This document shows, one piece after another, positions 19,728 through 28,507 of a DNA stretch of 64,000 bases. This stretch comes from Planctomycetales bacterium (GTDB lineage: Bacteria; 4484-113), in the NCBI GenBank assembly GCA_037441675.1, contig JBBIRS010000004.1:94617-158616 (forward strand), written 5' to 3'. The position numbers and the translations under genes were made by a program. The notes below the pieces were generated by a model. That model ran no database searches. It was not told where the DNA came from and saw only the letters and a program-made list of their open reading frames with translations. Position 1 is the stretch's first letter. Each line of letters starts with the position of its first letter.

Positions 19728-22700
19728 CTAATCCCTAAATGCGTAGAAATCATCACCAGTAAAGTCATTACACCCGACGTAAAGAGTTCCATCTTCACCA
19801 ATGGCGAGGCCACCTGTAATTTCAGCGCCAACATTGTAACTCCAGAGAAGGCTTCCGTCCGGATTTAAGGCTATAACCATTCCGTCGGTAAAGTTATAAG
19901 TGCCAAAGTATATAGTGCCATCAGCACCAACTGCGGGGCTACAATAAACCTTATCCTGGGCATCATACTTCCACTTCAAGCTACCATCTGAATTCAACGC
20001 ATATAAGAAATTGTCCCAACTACCAAAGTAAATTGTTCCATCAGGACCCAACGCTGGTTTTGACCAAATCGCGCCATCCGTTTTATACCTCCACTTGTAT
20101 TTAGAGCCAGCGTCAGCAGGGTCTAGCGCATATAGATATGTATCATTAGAACCAAAGTAGATTGTGCCATCCTCACCTATAGTAGGACTGGAGATAATCA
20201 TATCCTCAGCGGTAAAACTCCACAGTACAGTTCCGTCCTCAGGGTCAAATGCGTAAAGTTTCCTGTCATTGCATCCAACGTAAACCGTGCCATCAGGTGC
20301 GATTGCGGGACTGGAATTCACATATCCCCCAGTCTGATATCTCCACTTCAAACTTCCATCTGGATTCAGCGCGTAGAAGTAGTGCTCAACATTCGTATCA
20401 AGGTCTCCCACGCCGACATAAATGCTACCATCAGTTCCTATGGCTGGGCTTGAGTGAACAAAACCGGGCATTGGATAACTCCAGGCTAAAGAGCCATCGC
20501 TATTAAGAGCGATTAGCCTCTTGTCGTCGTTTCTGGTGCCAAAATAAATCCTTCCATCTTCGCCGACAGCAGGGCTAGAGTAAACTCCATCCATCAAAAG
20601 AGAAAAGACCCATTTTATAGAACCATCGGGATTGATTGCGTAAAGCTTGTCATCTAGAGAACCTATATAAATTGTTCCATCTGCTGACATAGCTGGACTT
20701 GAACGGTCAACTCTACCTATCTCCAATGACCAGTAGACAGTATCAGTAGTTGGACCCATAAATGGGCTTTGGCTTTGATGTAAACGATTCCTTCCGAACA
20801 TCCACCAATCACCCTGCGATGTTTGCACCGTTACTGTTATAAGAACGCTATCCGTATCAGTTAAATTATCGTCATCGGTCACGCGAACCGTCGCGAAATA
20901 ATCGTTAGGTTCGGTGTAAACGTGGGAATTGAGAGGTAGGACGGTTGATTCCTCATAGACTCCGTCTCCTTCCCAATCCCATTCGTAAAGGATAATTATC
21001 CCGCCATCGGGGTCATAGCTTCCACTAGCATCAAACATAACTAGAAGCGGTGCTCGCCCAGAGGTTGGATTTGCGCGGAGAACCGCTATTGGCGGTTCTT
21101 GGGGGGGAAGGCTAACTGTAATTGTGACACTTTCAGTATCCGTTAAACCATCATCATCCGTAACGCGAACCGTTGCAACAAATTCTCCCTCAGATTCGTA
21201 AGTATACTGCGCGGTGGGATCTGTTCCTGAATCATAATCAAAGGTGCCATCCCCTTCCCAATCCCATTCATACTTGACTATGCTACCATCTGAATCTGAG
21301 CTCGCGCTTGCGTCAAAATCCACCGTTAGTGGCGGTTCGCCTGATGTAGGGTTTGCGCTCAGAGAAGCTTGTGGAGGCTCTGGCGGAGTATCCCAGAAAG
21401 CGTACACAGTCCCAGTTACGGTGTTGACGATGAGCGAACCGTTTAATCCTATCGCCAATGGAGCACGAATGCTCTGATTGGCTTGATACTTCCACTTTTC
21501 AGTTCCCTCTGGCGTGAGAGCGTAAATCCAGCTATCATCACTACCAAAGTAAATTGTCCCATCAAGCCCAATGGCTGGGCTACTGTGGATTGCATCACTC
21601 GTTTGAAAACGCCACTTCTCAGTTCCATCTGGATTTACCGCTATTAGTTCACCCCCGTCAGAACCAATGTAGATTGTTCCATCCTCTCCAATTGCTGGCG
21701 AAGAGAAAAGAGCTGAGCCAATATCTAGAGACCAGAGTACGGTGCCAGTATCATCTAGCGCGTAAAGCTTCCCATCCGTACTTCCAACGTAGATGATTAG
21801 TAATTGCGTGAGACTATCCACAAAAATGCTTGGACTGCCAATAACGTCTCCACCGGTTTGATATCTCCACTTAAGGCTACCATCCGCATTAACTGCGTAA
21901 ACATAATTGTCGCTGGAGCCAAAATAGACTGTGCTATCTTCGCCAATGGCTGGACTTGACCTTATTGAACCATCCGTTTTATACCTCCATTTAAGTTCGC
22001 CGTGGGGATATAGCGCATAGAGATAGGTATCATTTGCGCCAAAGTAAATAGTACCGCCAAGCGCAATCGCCGGACTTGTGCCAATGAAGGAACCTGGACC
22101 AGTATCAAAGACCCATAATGGTGTATCGCCTTGAGGATTTAGCGCGTAAAACCTTCTTCCACCCGGAAAATAAATTGAGCCATCCCTTGCGATTGCAGGA
22201 CTGCCCCCGATAATATCATCAACAAACTGGGTTTGAAATCTCCACTTAAGAGTTCCGTCCGGATTAAGAGCGTAAAGAAATTGATTGGTTCTGGTCTCAT
22301 TACTACCGCCAATGTAGATAGAACCATCAACAGATATAACTGGGCCAGGGTTAAAAGTACCCCCGTAAATGTTGAAACTCCAACGAAAACTATCTTCACC
22401 CTGAGGACCTAAAAGCGGACTTCTTGCTTGGTGGAGTGGCTCCCTCCCAACCATCCACCAATCGCCTCTGTTCTCCTCAAGGGGAACAATTGAGTATGTG
22501 AAATCCCTGGCAGTTTCTCCAAGCTCATTCCGAACCGTTAGATTAACTGTGTAAGTTCCAGGTGTTCTCAAAGAAACTGTAGCCTTTACTTCAGAATCGG
22601 TGCCAACCACTGTTTCCGGATCAACAGTATTGGTTGTAAATTCAAAGATGAAGTCAAAGGGCGGAGTTCCAGTAACATTTGCAGTAAATGTCACATCATC

Positions 22701-23807
22701 CCCTTCAAGTCCACTCAGTGGATAGAGAGAAAGTATATTTGGAGCCTCACCAAAGGGTAGCACTCTAATAGAAACATTAGCAGAAGAAGTTGCACCTTCA
22801 TCATCCGTTACTCTTACCGTTGCGGAATAAGGATTAGGTCTAGATTGGTTATAAGTAAACGAAGATGAAGGCGTGGTGGTTTCTTGATCATAAGTGCCAT
22901 CACCCTGATAGTCCCACTCATACTTCACAATTTCTCCATCTGGGTCATAGCTTTCACTAGCGTCAAAGTTCACAAGAAGAGGCACTTCTCCCTCGGTCGG
23001 CTGGGCGGTTAAGCGAGCAACTGGCGGGAGATCTTCGGAAGGTGGCACTTGCATCGGGTCGCTTGGTATTCCCGGATTGCCTTGCGCATCATAGGGAACT
23101 ACACGAACATAATAGCCAACGGTCAAATTGGAAGAAGTAATTTGGAACACTTTTCTGCCCTCAACTGTGGGAGACGAAAAGGGAACGGATTCAACCTCTG
23201 TATAGCCTACATCTTGGGTTTGACTCATCTCCACCGAGTAGCGAGCACACTGGGAAAAGAAGTTACTAGCCAAAGGCTTTACATCCAAGATATCTATTTT
23301 CCCATCAGAGTTACCATCCACTACTTCATCAGTCGCATCTTTTCCAACTGAATGGAAAAAGTGTCTTGCTAATGGCACTATGTCTCTAATATCAACGATT
23401 CCATTTTGGTCATAATCACCAGTGTTGCGATAACTCCATGAAAGCTCATAAGTGCCTCCATCAATGGCGGAAACACTAAGGTCGGTAACTTTATCAGTTT
23501 GCTGAGAAGGCGCTCTGGCAACGAACCTTTCAACTCCCAAGGCGGTGAGCTCCTTGGCAAGCTCGCTAGCAACCAGTTTAAGAAGTGCAGGACGAGCTTT
23601 CTCGTCCTCTAGGTTTGAGAGCTCACTTAGGATATCCTGAATGCCAGCCGAGGCTAAATTGGTACTACCCTGATTTCTTGTAAGTAATTTAGGCTGAATA
23701 CTCTCAAGGCTTAAGTTACGTCCACCCCCACACGATGCCCCCACTATAAGCAGTCCAATGATAGGTACGGCTGTTCTGAAGATCTTGAGAAAGAATGCTA
23801 TTCTCAT
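19728..23807 (-). CDS. large surface lipoprotein: dockerin/EF-hand-like pair, PKD domains and two PQQ-like beta-propellers
   Basis: GASC lipobox; GDYDQNGIVDIRD and DGNSDGKIDILD; repeated FDAS.S.D.DG.I..YEWD..GDG PKD units; many SSPAIG.DGTIY.GS....YALN.DG..KW blades; AGGAGG RBS at 23815-23820. Confidence 0.9.
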   Translation of the reverse strand: MRIAFFLKIFRTAVPIIGLLIVGASCGGGRNLSLESIQPKLLTRNQGSTNLASAGIQDILSELSNLEDEKARPALLKLVASELAKELTALGVERFVARAPSQQTDKVTDLSVSAIDGGTYELSWSYRNTGDYDQNGIVDIRDIVPLARHFFHSVGKDATDEVVDGNSDGKIDILDVKPLASNFFSQCARYSVEMSQTQDVGYTEVESVPFSSPTVEGRKVFQITSSNLTVGYYVRVVPYDAQGNPGIPSDPMQVPPSEDLPPVARLTAQPTEGEVPLLVNFDASESYDPDGEIVKYEWDYQGDGTYDQETTTPSSSFTYNQSRPNPYSATVRVTDDEGATSSANVSIRVLPFGEAPNILSLYPLSGLEGDDVTFTANVTGTPPFDFIFEFTTNTVDPETVVGTDSEVKATVSLRTPGTYTVNLTVRNELGETARDFTYSIVPLEENRGDWWMVGREPLHQARSPLLGPQGEDSFRWSFNIYGGTFNPGPVISVDGSIYIGGSNETRTNQFLYALNPDGTLKWRFQTQFVDDIIGGSPAIARDGSIYFPGGRRFYALNPQGDTPLWVFDTGPGSFIGTSPAIALGGTIYFGANDTYLYALYPHGELKWRYKTDGSIRSSPAIGEDSTVYFGSSDNYVYAVNADGSLKWRYQTGGDVIGSPSIFVDSLTQLLIIYVGSTDGKLYALDDTGTVLWSLDIGSALFSSPAIGEDGTIYIGSDGGELIAVNPDGTEKWRFQTSDAIHSSPAIGLDGTIYFGSDDSWIYALTPEGTEKWKYQANQSIRAPLAIGLNGSLIVNTVTGTVYAFWDTPPEPPQASLSANPTSGEPPLTVDFDASASSDSDGSIVKYEWDWEGDGTFDYDSGTDPTAQYTYESEGEFVATVRVTDDDGLTDTESVTITVSLPPQEPPIAVLRANPTSGRAPLLVMFDASGSYDPDGGIIILYEWDWEGDGVYEESTVLPLNSHVYTEPNDYFATVRVTDDDNLTDTDSVLITVTVQTSQGDWWMFGRNRLHQSQSPFMGPTTDTVYWSLEIGRVDRSSPAMSADGTIYIGSLDDKLYAINPDGSIKWVFSLLMDGVYSSPAVGEDGRIYFGTRNDDKRLIALNSDGSLAWSYPMPGFVHSSPAIGTDGSIYVGVGDLDTNVEHYFYALNPDGSLKWRYQTGGYVNSSPAIAPDGTVYVGCNDRKLYAFDPEDGTVLWSFTAEDMIISSPTIGEDGTIYFGSNDTYLYALDPADAGSKYKWRYKTDGAIWSKPALGPDGTIYFGSWDNFLYALNSDGSLKWKYDAQDKVYCSPAVGADGTIYFGTYNFTDGMVIALNPDGSLLWSYNVGAEITGGLAIGEDGTLYVGCNDFTGDDFYAFRD

Positions 23808-23834
23808 TTGCTTTCCTCCTACAGAAATGTGCTG

Positions 23835-23854
23835 AATTCAATTGAATTATACCA
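23835..23854 (-). promoter_or_regulatory. extended -10 promoter overlapped by a 14-bp palindrome
   Basis: TGGTATAAT on the minus strand (23846-23854); perfect palindrome AATTCAATTGAATT at 23835-23848. Confidence 0.5.
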
Positions 23855-24183
23855 CCGAAAGTAGTGTTAAACATCGCAAGCTTTCCCCATACGATAACAA
23901 ATCATTTGATTCATTCTTTTGGTTAACAAAGGCTTGAAAGAGCTTGACAAAAATGAAAGTAGAGTTAGATGGTCTGCGAAAATTGTAATCGTTTTCACTA
24001 AGAAGAGTAAATAATTTGTGTGATCGGGCAAATCCCTTAGGAAGAGAGGAAAAATCAAAAATGACGAATAAAACATAAGAAGTGCCGCTTATTTACACAA
24101 CTACAACGGCTAATGCCCGAATGAGATTATCGTCGGTAAACATACCATAAGATAAATGTAATAGAAAAATTATGATAAAATGA

Positions 24184-26175
24184 TTGTTTGCGCAAATGCA
24201 GAAAAAAATACAACCAGATCAGTTAATTGAAAGGCGCTTAAAAGGCCTTACTAGCAATACTACCATTATAAAACATATCGTCTATAACCTAGGCCCGATT
24301 AGCGCTAAGGATATTGCGCAAATTATTTCTAAAGTCCTATTATCCTTCAAGCCAGATGAGGATGGTATAAAGAATAACATTCTCCCTATTCTCAAAAGTA
24401 ATAATTATTATCGTGAAGTGAATGATAAATGGGAAGTGGTAGTAGAAGAATTTCCAGAGCATAAAGTATTGCCAGAGCTTTTTGCCCGCGAACATAGCAT
24501 ATTGACTGAACGGGAAGTCCGTAACAAAATAGCTGATGCCTTATCAATTAGAACAAAGGAAGTTTGTATTGACCTAGAAAGAGACGCAAACGTTAAAAGG
24601 TTTAACGGAGGATGGGGATTAAAGAAGTGGAAGCTTGTGAATGACGAAGCTGTCGAGATTCTAAAACAACACGAAAGCCCTTTGAGTAAGAAGGAGATTC
24701 TTCAGTTAATCGCAGAGAAGTATAAGAAGCCCTTGGAAAACATCGTAATATCACCTGAGTTTGATAGTAGGTTCGTCCAGGAAAGAAAGGCATGGACATT
24801 GAAGGAATACGTTCAGAGTAGAAAATCCAAAGCTTATGAAAAGGAACTAAAGATAAGAAGAGATGACGTTCATCTTGAGCTCGAGGATTCATTTCTAAAG
24901 GCACAGGGACTGATAAAGAAAGAGCCAGAGAAAGAGTTAACCCCTGGAACGAAGATGAAGGTGAAGCTTAGAAAGCCTCCGAGGGAGCAAATTGAGCTTG
25001 CATTGAAGGAGCGGGAGCTTCACGTGAAACCAATTGAGGCAGATTTAGCAGCGGAACTTTCCTCAGCCCAGACTGCAACTTCTGCAGCAGAGGTAACGTC
25101 CTATAACAGAGTTGAACATTCCTTGAAGGAGAGAAGCCTTTCTCCAAAGGAAAGGGAAGCAATCATTTCCTTCGTCAGCCAACTGTTAGAGCTGGAGGAT
25201 AAAGCGGTTGTTCAAAATCTGAACAGATTGAAGCGTGAGCCTTTGTCCTTACACAAAATACTTAATTTGCTTCGGCTAAAATATGTGCCTTACTTCACGG
25301 AAAGAGTAGTAATTGGAGAGGATTACTACAAATTCGCAGCAGAGTTGATTACACCTATACCCGGCCAGACCGTCATAAACCCATCTGCGTATGATGCCCT
25401 TTTCGCGGTGGAAGTTCTAAGTGCAGTGTATGAAAGGCTGGAAGGCGCCGCCTGGGCTCCTCATGGGAATGAGATTGAAATTGTTCAAAAGGACGGGATA
25501 AGAAGCCGTATAAATATTGAAAACACATCTCTTTTGAAGAAGGCCCAGGAAGATTTTCTAATCACTCAAACCGACATACTAGATTACTTCGTGGAAAATA
25601 ACTTCGTCTGCATTGAGTACGACAAGCTCATTGCCCAGTGCGCCAAGTATGTACTTAGATTGGCAGGATTTCCTAATGTTTATCTTGCTAACCGAGATTT
25701 TCTTTCCGAATTAGCGGAGGTTTTCGGAGAAACCCCTAACGAGCAAAATGAAATTTCTCTTAAATTTGATCTTGTTTTTGGAAACTTTACTTTCCTTAAG
25801 AGTCATAACCTATCAGCAAACTACATTGACCAATCTCTAAGAATCTTAGAAGAGAGAGGCGTCTGTGCATTCTTCGTGCTCAAGGAAGTTATGAAATTAC
25901 TTAAAGACCACCCTATGTTTGAGGAAATGCGGATGAAGCATTTCTTCCGTTATGTGTTTAATTTCCCACAAGTAGAAAATGTCAACGACGTTCTCCTGGT
26001 GGTATTAAGAAAGAAAGCTCCCAACGAAGATCTAAACGTTCCACTAATAACCGCAAACGTTAAAGATGTAAAGGACTTAAGATATATCCTTGTCGATCTT
26101 GCAAGGGAAATTAAGCAGAGTAGTTATTATGAAAGCTTGAGCCAGGATAGCGTTAGACGTGTTCTGTTGGATTAG
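24184..26175 (+). CDS. hypothetical protein: tandem winged-HTH (HARE-HTH-like) modules plus a degenerate N6-adenine methyltransferase fold
   Basis: N-terminal modules ending in W-x-L motifs; C-terminal INPSAYDALF, CIEYD, NRDFL, DLVFGNFTF, LRILEERGVCAFF in gamma-class MTase order. Start may be ATG 24196. Confidence 0.65.
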   Translation: MFAQMQKKIQPDQLIERRLKGLTSNTTIIKHIVYNLGPISAKDIAQIISKVLLSFKPDEDGIKNNILPILKSNNYYREVNDKWEVVVEEFPEHKVLPELFAREHSILTEREVRNKIADALSIRTKEVCIDLERDANVKRFNGGWGLKKWKLVNDEAVEILKQHESPLSKKEILQLIAEKYKKPLENIVISPEFDSRFVQERKAWTLKEYVQSRKSKAYEKELKIRRDDVHLELEDSFLKAQGLIKKEPEKELTPGTKMKVKLRKPPREQIELALKERELHVKPIEADLAAELSSAQTATSAAEVTSYNRVEHSLKERSLSPKEREAIISFVSQLLELEDKAVVQNLNRLKREPLSLHKILNLLRLKYVPYFTERVVIGEDYYKFAAELITPIPGQTVINPSAYDALFAVEVLSAVYERLEGAAWAPHGNEIEIVQKDGIRSRINIENTSLLKKAQEDFLITQTDILDYFVENNFVCIEYDKLIAQCAKYVLRLAGFPNVYLANRDFLSELAEVFGETPNEQNEISLKFDLVFGNFTFLKSHNLSANYIDQSLRILEERGVCAFFVLKEVMKLLKDHPMFEEMRMKHFFRYVFNFPQVENVNDVLLVVLRKKAPNEDLNVPLITANVKDVKDLRYILVDLAREIKQSSYYESLSQDSVRRVLLD

Positions 26176-26286
26176 TGCATGCAGAAAATAGCTAAGCCAT
26201 CTATTCTCAAGCTCCTGCCGAGTGAACGGTTAAAGTGATTAGAAAAGCTGAAGCAATTAAAGCAACACTAAATTAGTTTTGAAAAA

Positions 26287-28224
26287 TCATCTATTTGATA
26301 GCGCTTTTGTGTAGTTCAGCTTACCGCCGCATAAAACTATTTCCGCCTCGCGGTTAGAAAGGTCATGAATTAGACTGAACCCAAAACCTTTAGTCAAATT
26401 TTTAGCGGTAATCTCATAATGGTTTTTCAGAGCTTCGTGGAGGTTCTCAAGTGTAAGAACATCACCCTGCTCAATTCTCTCGTAATCGTTCATGTCCTTG
26501 AATATTAGTGGGAGAATGCCAAAATTTATGAGATTTGAGCGATGAATGCGCGCAAAGCTCTTAGCAATCTTAGCTCTAATCCCAAGAAAAGCAGGTGCAA
26601 GTCCAGCATGCTCACGACTACTTCCCTGACCGTAATTCATACCTCCAATTACGAAACCACCGCCTTTCTCTTTAGCTCTTGCTGAAAAATTTGGGTCAAC
26701 CGCCTCAAATACAAATTCTGATATCTTCGGAATGTTACTTCTATACGGAAGGACGCGTGTCCCCGCTGGTAAGATGTGGTCAGTGGTTACATTATCTCCT
26801 AGCTTTATGAGAATCTCTCCTGTCAATGTATCAGGCAAGGGTGGAATTTCCTGAATAGGGACGATATTAGGTCCTCGGATCACTTCAACCTTCTTCATTT
26901 CCTCATCTGGCAGTGGTGGAATTAATCCGCTGTCATCAATTATGAACTCTTCCGGAATTTCAACAAATGGATATTCTCCGAAACTTCTAGGGTCAGTTAC
27001 CACTCCAGTGATAGCACTCGCAACAGCAGTTTCAATACTTGTCAGGTAAATCTGAGCGTTCTTGGTGCCACTTCTGCCTTCAAAATTTCTGTTAAATGTC
27101 CTTAAAGAGACTCCACCACTTGGAGGGGCTTGCCCCATCCCAATGCATGGCCCACAAGCACTTTCCAATATCCTTGCTCCAGCTTTCACTAAATGGTACA
27201 AAGTATCGTCATCCGCCATCATCGTAAACACTTGCCTACTCCCAGGGGATACCGTTAAGCTCACTTCAGGGGATACCGTTCTGTTCCTCAGCATCAAAGC
27301 TGCAACCCTCATATCACGATAGGAAGAATTGGTACAACTACCAATACAAACTTGATCAACCTTTAATCCTTGCACTTCAGTTACTGGAACCACATTATCT
27401 GGCATATGTGGTTTGGCGATGAGTGGTTCAATTTCAGCCAAGTTGATCTCAATTACATCAGAGTAATCTGCATCCTTATCAGGGGATAATGGAACGAAAT
27501 CTTGTTCTCTGCCTTGAGCTCTTAAAAAAAACTTAGTTTCTTCATCCGTAGGAAAAATAGAAAATGTAGCACCAAGTTCAGCCCCCATATTGGTGATAGT
27601 TGCCCTATCAGGTATGCTGAGGCAATTTATTCCTTCGCCAAAGTATTCAAAGGCTTTCCCAACTCCACCCTTAACTGTCATCCTCCTTAGAAGTTCCAAA
27701 ATGACATCCTTAGCGCTTACCCACGGATGCAATTTGCCCTTAAGATGAACACCGATAACTTCCGGACATGTGAGGTAAAACAAACCGCCACCCATGGCGA
27801 CCGCTACGTCTAATCCGCCAGCTCCAATGGCAATCATCCCCAAACCGCCTGCTGTGGGCGTATGTGAATCTGAGCCAAGAAGGGTTTTCCCGGGACAGGC
27901 AAACCTTTCCAGATGAACCTGATGGCAAATTCCATTACCCGGACGAGAAAACCAAATTCCGTAACGAGCCGAAACGGTCTGTAAATATCTGTGGTCATCC
28001 GCATTTCTAAAGTCTGCTTGAAGCATATTATGATCTACATAAGAAACGGAGAGCTCCGTTTTCACCCTATCAAAACCTAGTGATTCAAACTGAAGATAAG
28101 CCATTGTGCCGGTTGCATCCTGTGTTAACGTTTGATCAATTCTGATGCCTATCTCCTTACCAGGTACTAACTCGCCGTCCACCAAATGTTCCCTTAAAAG
28201 TTTGAATGTAAGACTTTGACCCAT
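26287..28224 (-). CDS. aconitate hydratase (short, Aquifex/archaeal-type)
   Basis: TQDATGTMA, DHN, GICHQVH, GSDSHT, IGSCTN, CGPCIG, FNRNFEGR, TTDHI, NYGQGSSREHA, FARIH. Confidence 0.93.
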   Translation of the reverse strand: MGQSLTFKLLREHLVDGELVPGKEIGIRIDQTLTQDATGTMAYLQFESLGFDRVKTELSVSYVDHNMLQADFRNADDHRYLQTVSARYGIWFSRPGNGICHQVHLERFACPGKTLLGSDSHTPTAGGLGMIAIGAGGLDVAVAMGGGLFYLTCPEVIGVHLKGKLHPWVSAKDVILELLRRMTVKGGVGKAFEYFGEGINCLSIPDRATITNMGAELGATFSIFPTDEETKFFLRAQGREQDFVPLSPDKDADYSDVIEINLAEIEPLIAKPHMPDNVVPVTEVQGLKVDQVCIGSCTNSSYRDMRVAALMLRNRTVSPEVSLTVSPGSRQVFTMMADDDTLYHLVKAGARILESACGPCIGMGQAPPSGGVSLRTFNRNFEGRSGTKNAQIYLTSIETAVASAITGVVTDPRSFGEYPFVEIPEEFIIDDSGLIPPLPDEEMKKVEVIRGPNIVPIQEIPPLPDTLTGEILIKLGDNVTTDHILPAGTRVLPYRSNIPKISEFVFEAVDPNFSARAKEKGGGFVIGGMNYGQGSSREHAGLAPAFLGIRAKIAKSFARIHRSNLINFGILPLIFKDMNDYERIEQGDVLTLENLHEALKNHYEITAKNLTKGFGFSLIHDLSNREAEIVLCGGKLNYTKALSNR

Positions 28225-28507
28225 CCTTAGAGCCTCATCATTATGAATTTGTCAGATAAAGATAGACCATTAAGATAATTAAGATATAGGATAAATGATT
28301 TCTCCTATAAATTATAGACTAATTTCATCTAAGGCTAAAGGGCAAAATGCTATAAGGTTTTATTTGCTCCTTTGGCATAAAAATAACGGAAATCATTTTC
28401 AACCTTAATGATTCTTTGATTATCCCTTAAGAGATAACGTTCTAATTAGTTACGAATAAGTTTCTTAAACCTCAGAAAATTAAACATATGCTAAACTCTT
28501 AAATAAG

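Noticed and set aside
19728..23100. Recurrent nucleotide repeats that could suggest a CRISPR array or DGR
   Set aside because: They are in-frame propeller and PKD protein repeats; there are no unique spacers, cas genes or reverse transcriptase.
23944..23971. TTGACA -35 box upstream of the 24184 gene
   Set aside because: No convincing -10 at 17-bp spacing; a TGATAAAAT element next to the start is the better candidate.
24020..24125. GGGCAAA... start resembling a c-di-GMP-I riboswitch, plus a TCGGGCA/TGCCCGA inverted repeat
   Set aside because: No GNRA tetraloop or GACGCAAA segment; the 7-bp repeat across ~85 nt is too weak.
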